64,000 bases of DNA, from contig OZ193910.1 of assembly GCA_964276515.1 (NCBI GenBank), positions 2,294,001-2,358,000 on the forward strand, read 5' to 3'. The stretch comes from Gordius albopunctatus (taxonomy: Eukaryota). Below are positions 1 through 11,735 of this stretch, in pieces (the first letter of the stretch is position 1; each line of letters opens with the position of its first letter). A model generated the notes under the pieces. It was given only the letters and a program-made list of their open reading frames with translations, was not told the DNA's origin and did not search any database. A program made the position numbers and the translations under genes.

Positions 1-1050
1 TTTGATGGTATTCTTCGTTCGTCAACGTATCCTTTAGCCTTTCGTATCGAATTCGAGGTTCATATACCTTTCTTCTTTCGGGAAATACTCTTCTGTCAAG
101 ATCCATAACAAGGGGACGATGTTGCCTGGCGATTTCTTCTCCCGGTATTACTTTGCAATCTTTGATACTCCATAAATCCTTTCGCCGTATAAGCAAATAG
201 TCGATTTGACTAAAATGCTTCCCACTTCTATAGGTCATAATATGATCTTCGCGCTTTTAAAAATAGGTGTTAACGATCGCCATGTCATATGCTTGGGATA
301 CTTGGAGAAGTTTTTCCCCTTCTTTGTTCTTCAGACCATGCCCATAGCCTCCATGATTGCGTTCATACCCGAGGCGATCTTTCCCTACGTGAGCGTTGAA
401 ATCGGCCCCAATAATTAGCCTTTCTTCCTGTTGGATTCCTTGTATTTCTTTTTCCAATGATTCGAAGAATGTGTCTTTCTCTGATTCCGAACACCCAATT
501 TGGGGAGCATACGCGCACATGACGCTTAGGAGGCCCCCTTGATCCGCAATCTTCACCCACATTAGCCTGTCGGAACAACGCTTGACTTCCACCACCTTGT
601 CCTTGAACGATTCGCTTAGAACGATACCGACCCCGTTTCTACGATTTGGTGACCCACTGTAGAAAAGCTTGTATCCTTCTCCTAATTCCCGAGCTTTTGT
701 TCCGTTCCACCTCGTCTCTTGTAGGCAGGCGATGTGTACCTTTCTTCTCTTTAACATCTGTGCGACCTCGATGCTCTTTCCCGTCAACGTTCCCACATTC
801 CAGCACGTAATTCGCATTCTTTCCACAACTAGTTTCCTTAACCGCCTTCGTTGTGAGTTAGGAAGTAACCCTAGTATATTTTTCACATTGCACGGGCGGG
901 GTATGCAGTGCCCGTCGTTTGTGGAGGACGCCCTAGCCTTTTCTTGTAAAATCTCTTTTGAAACTATCATAAATTTTGGAGTTGATTTTTATAGCCGGTT
1001 TCCGACCTGACGCCAACCCTCCACTTTTTGCACACGGACTTGGGACCGTC
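1..1050 (-). mobile_element. RTE-clade non-LTR retrotransposon, 5' part (5'UTR + APE endonuclease), frameshifted, runs off the window edge
   Basis: ORF 257-970 has APE motifs (CWNVGTL, IACLQETRW, NGVGI, AYAPQ, IGADFNAHVG, NTYF); coding-like sequence continues to base 1 in another frame; 5' leader GGTCCCAAG..GGAGGGTTGGCGTCAGG resembles RTE 5'UTRs. Confidence 0.9.
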
Positions 1051-1054
1051 GTAG

Positions 1055-1890
1055 GTATTAACTTGTAATATTTGTGAACAAATCAAGGGGATGATTTAGC
1101 TCTAAAAATCGTTGTGTTAAATGTTCGCTTTCAGGGTCTCTATCAGATTCTAGAGAGCAATATGGTATAGACTCTTTTAGCTATCACCCTAAAAGGGTTG
1201 ATTTTAAAAAATGAGAGAGAGTGTCTGTGTCATGGTATAGATTAAGAAGATTCATTCCATTTACGATAAACTCTTATGTTATGATAATTTTGTAAATTGT
1301 CGAGGGTTACATCTAAAATGGTAACTTTTTGTTTGTTTGTTTCTTTTTCGATTGTAAGGAATATATATTTGTGGAATGAATTTGAAACATTTATAAAATC
1401 TTTCAAATCATTAGTTAGGTTATAAGGCCAAATACATAAAATGTCATCAACATATCTGGAATAAAGGGGGGGGGGGGCGGGAATAAGCTAGAGGACTGTA
1501 TGTAGTATTCTATTCGCTAAGGAATATGTTAGAAATAATGGGAGCAAGGGGATTACCCATAGCAGTACCCTCGATCAGATCATAATTAATGTTATTAAAC
1601 TTAAGATATTTGTTGTACAAAAGTTAAATAATTTTTTGAAATAGTTTTCGTAAATAGGGGTTGCTCCATTTTTTCATAAACTTTCAAAAAATTTAGGACA
1701 CTTTCTAGATGGATGTTTGTAAATAACTTAAATGTAAAAATTTGCAAGTGAAAATGAATCTAATAAAGAGCAGATTTTTAAGCGATCAATTAAATTTAGA
1801 CAGTTTTTTAAAATTAAGGGTGAATCAACATATGGTAGTAAAATAGATAATAGGTACTGACTGACATACTGTAGGAATTATAAGGTTAAT
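1055..1890 (-). mobile_element. Penelope-like element reverse transcriptase remnant (decayed)
   Basis: Manual minus-strand translation gives PLE RT motifs in order: LFTNIHLE (~1705-1728), EGTAMGNPLAPIISNIFL (~1520-1572), YSRYVDDILCIW (~1428-1463), KLPF/LDV (~1305-1328), VYRK (~1261-1272); stops and frameshifts present. Boundaries approximate. Confidence 0.75.
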
Positions 1891-2424
1891 TATTTTATTC
1901 TTAAAAAAAGTTTATCTTACCCATTTACTCACTTCCTTTATTGTGATTTAATTTATACTTTCTTTCTTGATAATGGGCTATAATTGCTCGAAAATCGCGT
2001 TCCTTTTCCCTTTATCCAACCCCACCGATATCATCAAGGATGAAAATTAATATATATAATTAGATATATTTATTGTTACATTCAAGAATTTTACCTAATA
2101 ATAATACAAAGTTTTCTTACATTAAACCAAAACTATCATGCACTTTATAACTATTAATTGCCAATAAATTTTATTAAAATTATATCTTAATCAAATTATA
2201 AATGTTTAAATTTGGATTTATGCAAAAGCTAATAGCATTCTAAGCCTTAGTAGTTAATTTATTATATCCACATCATTCTTATGGGTAAACGGATAATATA
2301 GTTTTATATTACAACGATTGCATGATTTGCATTTATTTTTATAAACGAATAGTGTCATATAAGATAAAATGTACAATACAATATTATTAATTAAGTTACT
2401 GACAATAACTGTACCATTATATTG

Positions 2425-5400
2425 TTATCTGGCTGACAACCGTCTTTCTCTTTCAGCTTTTAGTTTGTAAAAAATGTTTGAAATAATTACTATACACAAG
2501 ATAACTAGGTAGAATATGTTATAGGCTATTAGACCAGGGAACGCTACAGTAAAGGCGTATGTAAAGAGCCCGATTAGGTAAATTATTATAATGACTAACA
2601 TGCAATGTTTCAGGAGAATGGCCTCTTTAAAACTTGGTGGAAATTCCCTCAATCGTAAAATGTCAATGAAACAAACTAATAGTAGTAGAAAATGATATGC
2701 CATAACTATGCCTCTCAGGAAAAGGTTTAAAGGGTACACGGAACAGTAAGTGTGCAACACGACATTATCATCACTTAAATTGCTTATCTTGACTTTAAAC
2801 GGCTTCCCCTCTTCCAATCCCAGCAATAGGAAATTAATTAGGATCTGTATGATATATAAATAACCCGTATTAACATGTAAGTCATAGCCTATTATAAGAT
2901 AAAAAAATAAGATTTTCTACATATAAAAGCAAAACATAAATTTAGAAATTATATTCATTAGTCTAGCCAAAAGGAGGCATAGAGGGGCAGCTGCCCCTTC
3001 CTTCCTTAACCCAACAGATTATCTAGCTATATTATAAAAAGAAATCAACATTTGTCCGTCCAAATCATTATCAGACCTTTGGGTAATCACCCCCCCCCCT
3101 CACGAATTTAATACTACGCTCATAATTTTGTTTTATATAAATAATATTTATATGTTCATCTTAAAATCCAAATCTCGTTAAAGAATTAAATTATATTATT
3201 TTATATACCTGTATCCCCACAGCAATCGTAATTATCAAATAAACGTTCTTCTCATTTGATTTTGAAGTTCCATGAGGTGCATTTAGTTTGTGACTTATTA
3301 ATATGAGTTTTCCGAAACTCACAATATACAGCATAGTAAATGATAACAATGAAAAGAATTGTCCGGCACCGCACCTTTCCTGTGATGGTTTTGAAATTAT
3401 CAAATAGATTCCTAAGATGCCTATGAATATAGCTAAAAATGTTAGGTGTAACAATGGTCTAACTTCCATCTTAAACACTATAGTGTTGTATCTTAACAAA
3501 TAGTGAAACAATAAACAAATGACTGTTATTAAAGCAAAGCTATTGGCAATATAAATGAATGTGGTCCAGCCTTTAAGGCTTGTAACGTAGACGGACGGAA
3601 TTGGGAGACACTCGTTCATGGATAGATTAAGTTGCTTGGAATAAGAACACGTTTCACACGGATTTATATCATTGCCGGTAAACCTTTCGTTCGCTCTACA
3701 TTTCTTGCAATCCCAGCAACACAAAGTATCCGTTAAAATAAATAGCTCCCGTGGACCACATGGTAAACTGCAATAAGACGGTGGAGCGTTGTACGGGTTG
3801 TTATAATAATAATGACCCCATTGTAGATTTTTTAACAATTTTAACGTGTTGCTAGCAGTGTCATATGTACCAACCGTAATTATACCATACCCTTGGGACT
3901 TAGTGAGTTTAACAAAGTTTCCTATTCGCAATTTATGTGGAACACTTTGCCCTTTAAAAAAGTTTGTTAAGCCAGTTCTTCCGATAAATGATGTATTTAA
4001 GATTGAGGCTTGCAAATTTATTGATCTAAGGCACTCAGTTAAAAGCGTTGAAGTAAGATGAGCGCAATCTCCAGTTTCGATTTCATTTTGGAGGGCAATC
4101 GCGATAACTGAAACAGCGTCGATGACTACAGAAATACGACCATCATAGCCAGCCGATGCTTCACTATCGGCATTAACACTCGAATCATGACATTTAATAT
4201 TTTTCACTGGTTTATTGTATTGTTCAGATGCCTGCGAATTTTTCCAGTCTCTATACCACGGGCCTTCATCTCCCTTAAGATTATTCATCCACAAACGAAA
4301 ACTTTCGATGCAACCGCTAAATTCGTAAATAGTTATCGCCCCAAGTGCTACCTCTGTTAAGTTATCTTGAGTAAGAATAGCGGCATCGGGCCATGTATCT
4401 AATCCAACAAAAATTAAGTTGTGCTTATCCGTATGATTTTGAATGAATTTCAGTATCTCGAGTATTTGTATATTGGTCAGAAACATGAGGGTTACAACAG
4501 GACTTTTGTATGTTAAAAGATTGTTAATGTCATTTTTAAAAGCTACACTTTCAAAAAAGTCACCATTTAACACGTAAGGTATCCTTATGGATATTGGAAT
4601 GCAAGTTTTTAATTTTGGTAGGTATTGCCACATGATTTTAGAAAAAAATCTGTTGTAACTATCGTCAGAATAGATGACCGCTATGACGTTCCAATTAAAA
4701 TGTACTAAGATACTGACAATAGCGTCGATATAATACATTTGTCCGGTGGTAAGGCGGAATAGATAGGAGTAACTGACGTATATAATTAGAATTAAAAGTA
4801 AACAAAAATAAGTATTAAAGGTAATTCTGATAAAACTCACAATTAAAATGGCTATAACTTAATCTACTTTTATTCAAATATATCGTCAATTATTTGGAAA
4901 CTTTGTATTGATTTATTATATCTATTAACTGAATAATTACAATGAAAAAAACATCATTAAATGCATCTTGCATTACGATTTATAATTAAATGGTTAATTT
5001 TGTATTCTTAGTATAGAACAATAATAGAATAGACTGGCAAATAGAGTTAATAATTGAAGGAGTGTAGTCCACTTACTGTCTAAATATACTGATCATCAAC
5101 TTTGAGTACCCTTACCGCTTTTCCACCATTTTAAAATGTGAACAAATAAGGGAATGACATATAGACCATAGTATTATTGGTTATTAAAGTGGTTTTAAAA
5201 CGTAAAAAATATAGAACTAGTTAAACATTAAAAACAGCATTTAAAAATAAATATCATTTTATAAATTCATAAAAGTAATAAATACTATGATGATGTGATG
5301 TTAAAGCAATTTAATGCCATCTGGATTTTATCATATAAGTATTTATTAAAATTCTTATATATTTATTTATTAATGAGGATCTGTTATGGCAATCGGGTAC

Positions 5401-8400
5401 ATTGTAGTGATGGTGAAACGCTTAGCACCAGCGCGTGTAGCACCTCCCATCTACATAGCATAGTCACTTGGAGGCGCTAAAGCTATAGCACATAGTCACA
5501 CGAGGGCGCTAGAGCTGTAGGACATAGTCACATAAGGAAGGTGCTAGAGCTATAGCGCGGCGCTATCATTGTTATAATTTTTATTGTTAAGTAGCATAAT
5601 TATATTAACTCCGTATAAATGTGCATCTCACTTTTTTAATACAATATTTTTATTCACTCCCCCCCCCCTCTCCCTTGCAAAGATTGCGTTTAAAACTAAC
5701 GAACTTCTAAAAAGTGAAACTTAATTTATAAGGGTCTCTCTAGAAAATAACGACCGCTATAATTATCAATAAAGTCCCGACGAAAATTATCCCAATGTTC
5801 ATCGGTGTTTAAATGACTGGGTATTGCTTTTCTTTTTACTCGTGGGTCCAATATAAAGCATGTATATACCTCTGGGGTACACATTAAGGAAAAATAATGT
5901 TTGGCTTTAACAATCATTTTGCTAGCTGCCTCCGTAAGAATGGGATATGTTGTACTATTTTTTTCTAATTCGCTAATAATTTTTTCAAAAAAATTTCCTA
6001 CAATACCCATTGTCGGAATTATATCTTTGCAAAGTCCCAAAGTTACCTTTTAAATTGTCAATGTAAAAAAATATTTAATATACTTTACAGAATGGGAGAA
6101 AAAAATTTCCACTTCTTTTAGGTATCTTATTTCTTCATGATTGAAGGCCAACTCCGTTTCATCTGGGGAAAATTTCTGTACAATAATGTTCAAGGTGCTC
6201 ATTTCCTGTTGTATAATTTAGATATAATATACCTTATTTGCCTTTTGCAACATTAGGTATGTTGAATTACATCGAGTGTTGTTCGCTAAAGGAATCAAGG
6301 AAGTCTTCCCTCATCGCGGACTTATAATGAATATAATGAACCAGGCGATTGATTTTAATTAAATAAGGGTTGATAATTTTTAACCCTTCGCCAGCAATGA
6401 GGTTCATAACATGAGCACCGTATCTAAAATTTAAAACTTTTGTAGTGGGCATTTTATTACGCATAAAGTAATAGCGTTTATTTGATTGGAGGCATCGTCG
6501 GTGGTGAAAGAGAGAAACTTATCTTCCAGATTAAAATCGACCAATACTTTGTACAAAATATCTGATATTTCTCTACCCGTATGGGGTGTTGGCATCATTA
6601 GAATTTGGAGTAACAAATTTTCAAGCCGCCATTGTTTATTAATAAAATGGATTGTAATTCCTATATATGAAACATTATTCGGGCTTTGCCATAAATCTGT
6701 TGTTATAGCTAAATGCGTTGTTATGGTCCTAATTTTATTTGAGAGGAGTTCTTTCTGGCCTTCATATATTTCAAGCAGGTGGCTTTTGGCAGTTTGTTTG
6801 GAGCACAAATGGATGTTGCCGCTAAGACATTCGAACATCATTTTCAAACTTGGGCTATTATAGGTCGATAGCGGTATATTGTCATTAATGACATATTCTA
6901 AAAATTTACTATTAAAAGTTTCGTTTTGTTCAGGTGATACGGAACCTTTAAAAATAGAAGGTCCCTTTTCGATAGCCATTAATTTATCCGGATGGGCGTT
7001 ATTAAAATGTGTCCTATTGTTAGTGACGGAGGTTTTAAGGCTAAATGTTCTGGGGCACTCGATACATTTTTGTATAGACTTTTATAGCTTTGGGGGACAA
7101 CGTTAAATCGCTTGTATTTGAGGATGGAAATGACATTTTACTTAGCGGAAAAATAACTATATTTTAATAAATACTTTTTTGCTATATATACAAGGAAAGC
7201 GCACAGGTGTGTCAAGTAGCCCTTATGGGAATTTTTTTTATTTGATAATCCCATCGATATATGTATAGTAGGTAAATATATTTATGAGACGGAAACACCC
7301 ATAAACCCTTTAAAATAAATCAAGCAAACTGGAAAGCTAATAATAAGTGGTTTATTTACCGAATAAAATTTACAGAAAAAACGCAGGTAAATAATTTTGT
7401 GTAAATTTTACAATATTTAGTTCACGAATGTTTCTGGGTGATGATTAATTAGATAGTTATATTATTGAGACTGAATGTCATGGCGATGTTAATATACTTG
7501 AGTGGTGGAAATCATCATCGTTTAGATTTCCGAATCTGGCAGATATGGCCAGAGATTATTTATGCCATCAAAGCACTTCGGTCCACAGTGAGCGTTTATT
7601 TTCTAAGGCCGGAAATATTTTTACCAAGAAAAGATCAAGATTGTCTCCCACTACCTTGAATCAAATGCTATGCTTGAATAGCTCGAGAGGAATGACCATT
7701 AATGAATTATAAAAATTTGCATTCACTTATATGTATTGTTACAAAATATTCGGTAATAAATAAACCATGCCTAGTTCTTCATAATTTTTTAAATATAAGT
7801 TGTTATAATACATTTACTTGAAAACTCTAACGTTTTATAATTGAATTTTAATCTTTAAAGTATTCTATACGAGGGACAAAATTTATATTCAATACGGTTA
7901 AATTATTAAAAAAGCCTAAAATAAATATTAATAAAATTACTTAATTAGAAATAACAGATCTAAAAATCTTGTTTTTAGATCGATTGTAATTAACTTTCTT
8001 GAATATATAAATCTGTTGCGTACATTATCTTAATTGATTGCTAGCGGCATATTACTTATGTCTACTTTGGAACTTAATTGACTCATTTACATTACCTTAC
8101 TACTTCGCGACTTTAATTGACCAATCACATATACCTCGCGGATTCACCACTAAATGTAATTGATTTATTCAATTAATTCGCGATTATATAAAGGCGTTTA
8201 AGACACTTCTTACTTTTCTCGCAAACGATTCACTTTAATTGGATATACAATAAAGTTACTTTATTTCTTCTGGTATTTACTTCTCGATATTGGAATCCGC
8301 GAGGTATATGTGATTGGTCAATTAACGTCGCAAAGTAGTAAGGTAATGTAAATGAGTCAATTAAGTTCCAAAGTAGACATAAGTAATATGCCGCTAGCAA

Positions 8401-10521
8401 TCAATTAAGGTAATGTACGCAACAAATCTATCGTTAGATCCGATTCTGTTTATTTATATGCCTGCGTCTTTCATACTTAATTTAGGTCACTTATTGATAG
8501 CCGTGAGCGTATTAATTAAATTAGCCTATAAAGTATAAACTTACTTCAAACCACATGTGCGCATATGCTATTTAACAACTAAAAATTTTATAAAAGTTTT
8601 AGCGCCACGCTATAGCTCTGGCACCTTATGTGACTATGTCCTACACCTCTAACGCCCTCGTGTGACTATGTTCTACAGCTCTAGCGCCCTCGTGTGACTA
8701 TGTCCTACAGCTCTAGCACCCTCGTGTGACTATGTGCTATAACTGTAGCGCCTCCACGTGACTAGGTGCTATAAATGTAGTGCCACAACGTGCCTATGTG
8801 CTATAGCTTTAGCGCCTATAAAACGCTATTTCACCATCACTAGTACTTTATAGAAAGATATGGGAGAAAGTTAAATTCAAAATTGTGAAGTATTTATTGG
8901 TACACATTTTACCATAACACGAAACATAGGGCATGAGCAGTCTATGTTGTCTAAAAGTTCACCATGTCTGGACACATATCAAAACCCATAAATTTCATAG
9001 CAATTAATAAAATGGTGCAGCTGCTGTTTACTAATAAATTAATGAAAGGGATATATCATTATCGTTAGGCCCCTTAAAATATATGCACATTATAGTAATA
9101 TGCCCCCGAACATCTTTCGTGTAATATTGCATGGATTTGCATTTACCATATCATAACTTTATTTCTTACACGATTTTTTGGATGATATTTGTATTGTGAA
9201 AGGGGGGCGGGGATAAATAGATTATTGTTCTCACCTACATTTTTAGTTGAAATTTAAAGCATTCGCATCATATTTGAGGAGATAAAATGCCTTCTTTAAA
9301 TGTTACATTAGCGTCACCTAAAAAATATTTTCTTTAATTTATAAATAATATAAATCCCCACTCAAAATCCTAAGTAACCTAATAAATTTTAATGCAAAAA
9401 TCTGCTGTTGACCAGTCTATTGTATTATTAGTCTATATTTATGTGAGATGATTTGCCAATAGTTTTGATTCATGTATTTGGTTTTAAATGAGATATAGAG
9501 ATTATTATATGAGTTAGACTATGATGATTGATTTGGCAAACAAACGACATTAGGAAATTAAATTCTAACAATTTTTGAAATTAGTTAAATATTTGTATCA
9601 ACTGTAGGTCCGAAAGTTAACCTGTCATCGGTAAATATTTGAGAATTAGCTCCAGGACTTATATGCGGAATTCTGTTGAAAGACAAATAAGGAGACACTA
9701 TTGTAGCCTCATGACTTGATAACGGGCCAATTATAGCCACCATATTCTCGTTCTTTAGAATGTGCAGCATATCAATTGCCTGGATCTGTAAACAAATAGT
9801 TGAAATCTTAATATTATTGATTCCACATATAAATATTACTTTTTAACAAAATATACAACCATTTTATTAACATTATATGTTTGCCAATAACTACGTTTTT
9901 AGTATATATAAACTGTTAGCATAGTTCAAATTGTTAATATAACTTCTGATTACAGTTTCGAACAAAATACTTAATCAATGAATTATAAACTTAGACATTA
10001 CGCATAAAAACTTTGCGAGTTAATTATAAGAGCTAGCGATTATTTTATAATTCTCATTAAAAGATTCTATCTTTTTGAGAGTCTTATAAAGGCAACCGTT
10101 AAATTGAGTAAATGTATTTAAAAAGGGTTTTTTTATTGAGTATTTATACGCTTACTAGAGCTGTAGATGGCTGCGCACAGGTCGGTAGAATAAAATAACC
10201 AAGTGATATATTATAAAGTTGATTGAATATTTTATCATAATAATCGACGGTATATATCATGGCGTAGGTCTTGGTAATGCTATAATCGTCAAACACGTCA
10301 CTGCATGATTCGCCTGGATATGACGAAGGAAAATATATTTCGAAGAGAGCTCCGATGTTTAAGTCGCCTAGTTTAATTTTGAAAGTTGAGGGATAGTTGT
10401 TTAAGTATGTTTTGGATATGTTCAAGTCTGTCACATTCAATTGAGCATCACTTAGACGACAAACTATCCAAACTAACGTTACTAATTTATCAATTTTTAG
10501 TTCCCTCAAAATTTTTGCCAT
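2425..10521 (-). CDS. Class C GPCR (metabotropic glutamate receptor-like; Venus flytrap + Cys-rich domain + 7TM), 4 exons, ~837 aa
   Basis: Exons 10156-10521, 9622-9785, 3209-4772, 2425-2844 joined by phase-compatible GT-AG introns (2514 nt). Motifs: GDLNIGALF, IIGPLSS, ISPGANS, FNWNVIAVIYSDDSY, GLDTW, VIDAV, PPSYCSLPC..CCWDCKKC (Cys-rich domain), hydrophobic helices, PPSFKEA (cf. mGluR PENFNEA). Confidence 0.9.
5726..6979 (-). pseudogene. hAT transposase catalytic core, frameshifted
   Basis: ORFs 6431-6979 (ITTDLWQS..SYIGITIHFI, PHTG, TTDDASN), 6267-6464 (RYGAHVMNLI), 5726-6040 (FILDPRVK) are hAT transposase motifs. Confidence 0.88.
7448..7690 (+). pseudogene. hAT transposase C-terminal dimerisation domain (opposite strand to the core)
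   Basis: Manual translation, not in the ORF track: LDSYIIETECHGDVNILEWWKSSSFRFPNLADMARDYLCHQSTSVHSERLFSKAGNIFTKKRSRLSPTTLNQMLCLNS. Confidence 0.88.
8014..8424. mobile_element. 411-bp foldback element, TGT..ACA ends, 132-bp TIRs, 4-bp TSD (Ginger-like MITE or rearranged solo LTR)
   Basis: Arms 8014-8145 and 8293-8424 are reverse complements with 3 mismatches by eye; flanked by AATC/AATC; contains CCAAT (arms), TATATAAA and AATAAA. Confidence 0.8.
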
Positions 10522-10982
10522 TTATAAAAGGTTATTTTGTTATAAAATCACACTGAGAGATATTGGGATGACACTGTTTAAATCCAGGTAGTTGGATAAA
10601 AATTATAGTAGTATCAGCTTTAAGCTAAAATCAATAATCAATGAGGTACGCTGAAAGGCCTTTATAATTGGGATGTTTATTTATAGATACTTATAATTGT
10701 ATGGACCTTTTGTTAAGAATAAATGCCTTACCATTTGTTATTTCTTATTTGTCATCAAGGCCACACAATAGCTCATTTCCGGATTTGATATTTAAGAATA
10801 TCTCGTTTAAAAATTGGCACATTGAAAGAAAATTTATAGATTTGCATGTCAATTCTATTTAATGATATAAAAAAGTTTAAAACGTATTTTTTTTATAAAT
10901 GATTTTTTCGCATCCATAAACCACCTATCTTATTTATATATAGAGTTTTTACACTTAAGGTTACAACGATTTTAATTATAAA

Positions 10983-11735
10983 TAGAGATCTGCAAGGGAA
11001 GGCCAGGCCCACGGACGAGCCTAAAATGCGTAAAAAAAAACTACGGACGGGCTCTGAAGGACCTTAAAGTTTTTAAACGGGTACGGACGAGCCTGAAAAT
11101 TTTATAAATGGGCTCGGAGGGGCCTGAAGATTTTACAAAGGAGCTCCAATCGGCCTGGTGCACGGGCCTATATTTTTATGAGCGGTCTTAGAATTCTACT
11201 AGTTAATTAGAAACTTCTCACGAATGCGCTTAAGATACAATTTATATTCGTTTTTTTTGTCTAAATGATTTGATTAAATTAATTTAGTAATATAAATCTT
11301 ATATCCTGTCGCATACATTCATATTGACCTCTAAATTTAACTTAAATATCTTATTTTATTTGTTTAATATATTCACTTAATATAAGATAGTTGCTTCTTG
11401 ATATTAGCCTTTAGTAAGCTCATAAAAGGTACCTATTTCTCCAAATTTAACTTTGATGATTTGGCTTTCATAATACTTTTAACATTTGTAATTTTTATTG
11501 AAATCGTTGAATATTTGAATAATTCATAATGATAAATGTTGCTTTATTGAATCGCTAAAAATTTAACTCAATATTAAATGTAATAAAGATTTACACGGGT
11601 AGGCCCGGCCCCGGGGGCGAGTACCGACAGGCCTAAAGTGCTTAAAAAAATACTGGCGAGTTCGGAGGGGCCTAGCAGTTTGTAAAAGGGGTACGGAATG
11701 GCCGACCTTCTAAAAATGGCTATTGCAGATCTCTA
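10983..11735. mobile_element. Non-autonomous hAT-like element
   Basis: 13-bp TIRs TAGAGATCTGCAA / TTGCAGATCTCTA; GC-rich subterminal repeats (CGGACGAGCC / CGGAGGGGCC); TSD poorly preserved. Confidence 0.7.

Larger units (their letters stand above)
5405..8842. mobile_element. hAT DNA transposon (defective) in GPCR intron 2
   Basis: 14-bp TIRs TAGTGATGGTGAAA / TTTCACCATCACTA; imperfect 8-bp TSD GTACATTG / GTACTTTA; ~32-bp subterminal tandem repeats in inverted orientation at both ends (5430-5565, 8600-8820); transposase fragments inside. Confidence 0.9.
5025..8953. mobile_element. TAGACT-terminated MITE copy, split by the hAT insertion
   Basis: 5025-5370 and 8850-8953 share blocks (TTTTCCACCATTTT, AAAACAGCATTT..AAATAAATATCATTT, GGCATGAGCAGTCTAT..GTCTA) with the intact copy at 14495-14937. 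Confidence 0.6.

Noticed and set aside
8600..8820. ~32-bp repeat array resembling CRISPR repeats
   Set aside because: Head-to-tail with no spacers and mirrored at 5430-5565: hAT subterminal repeats.
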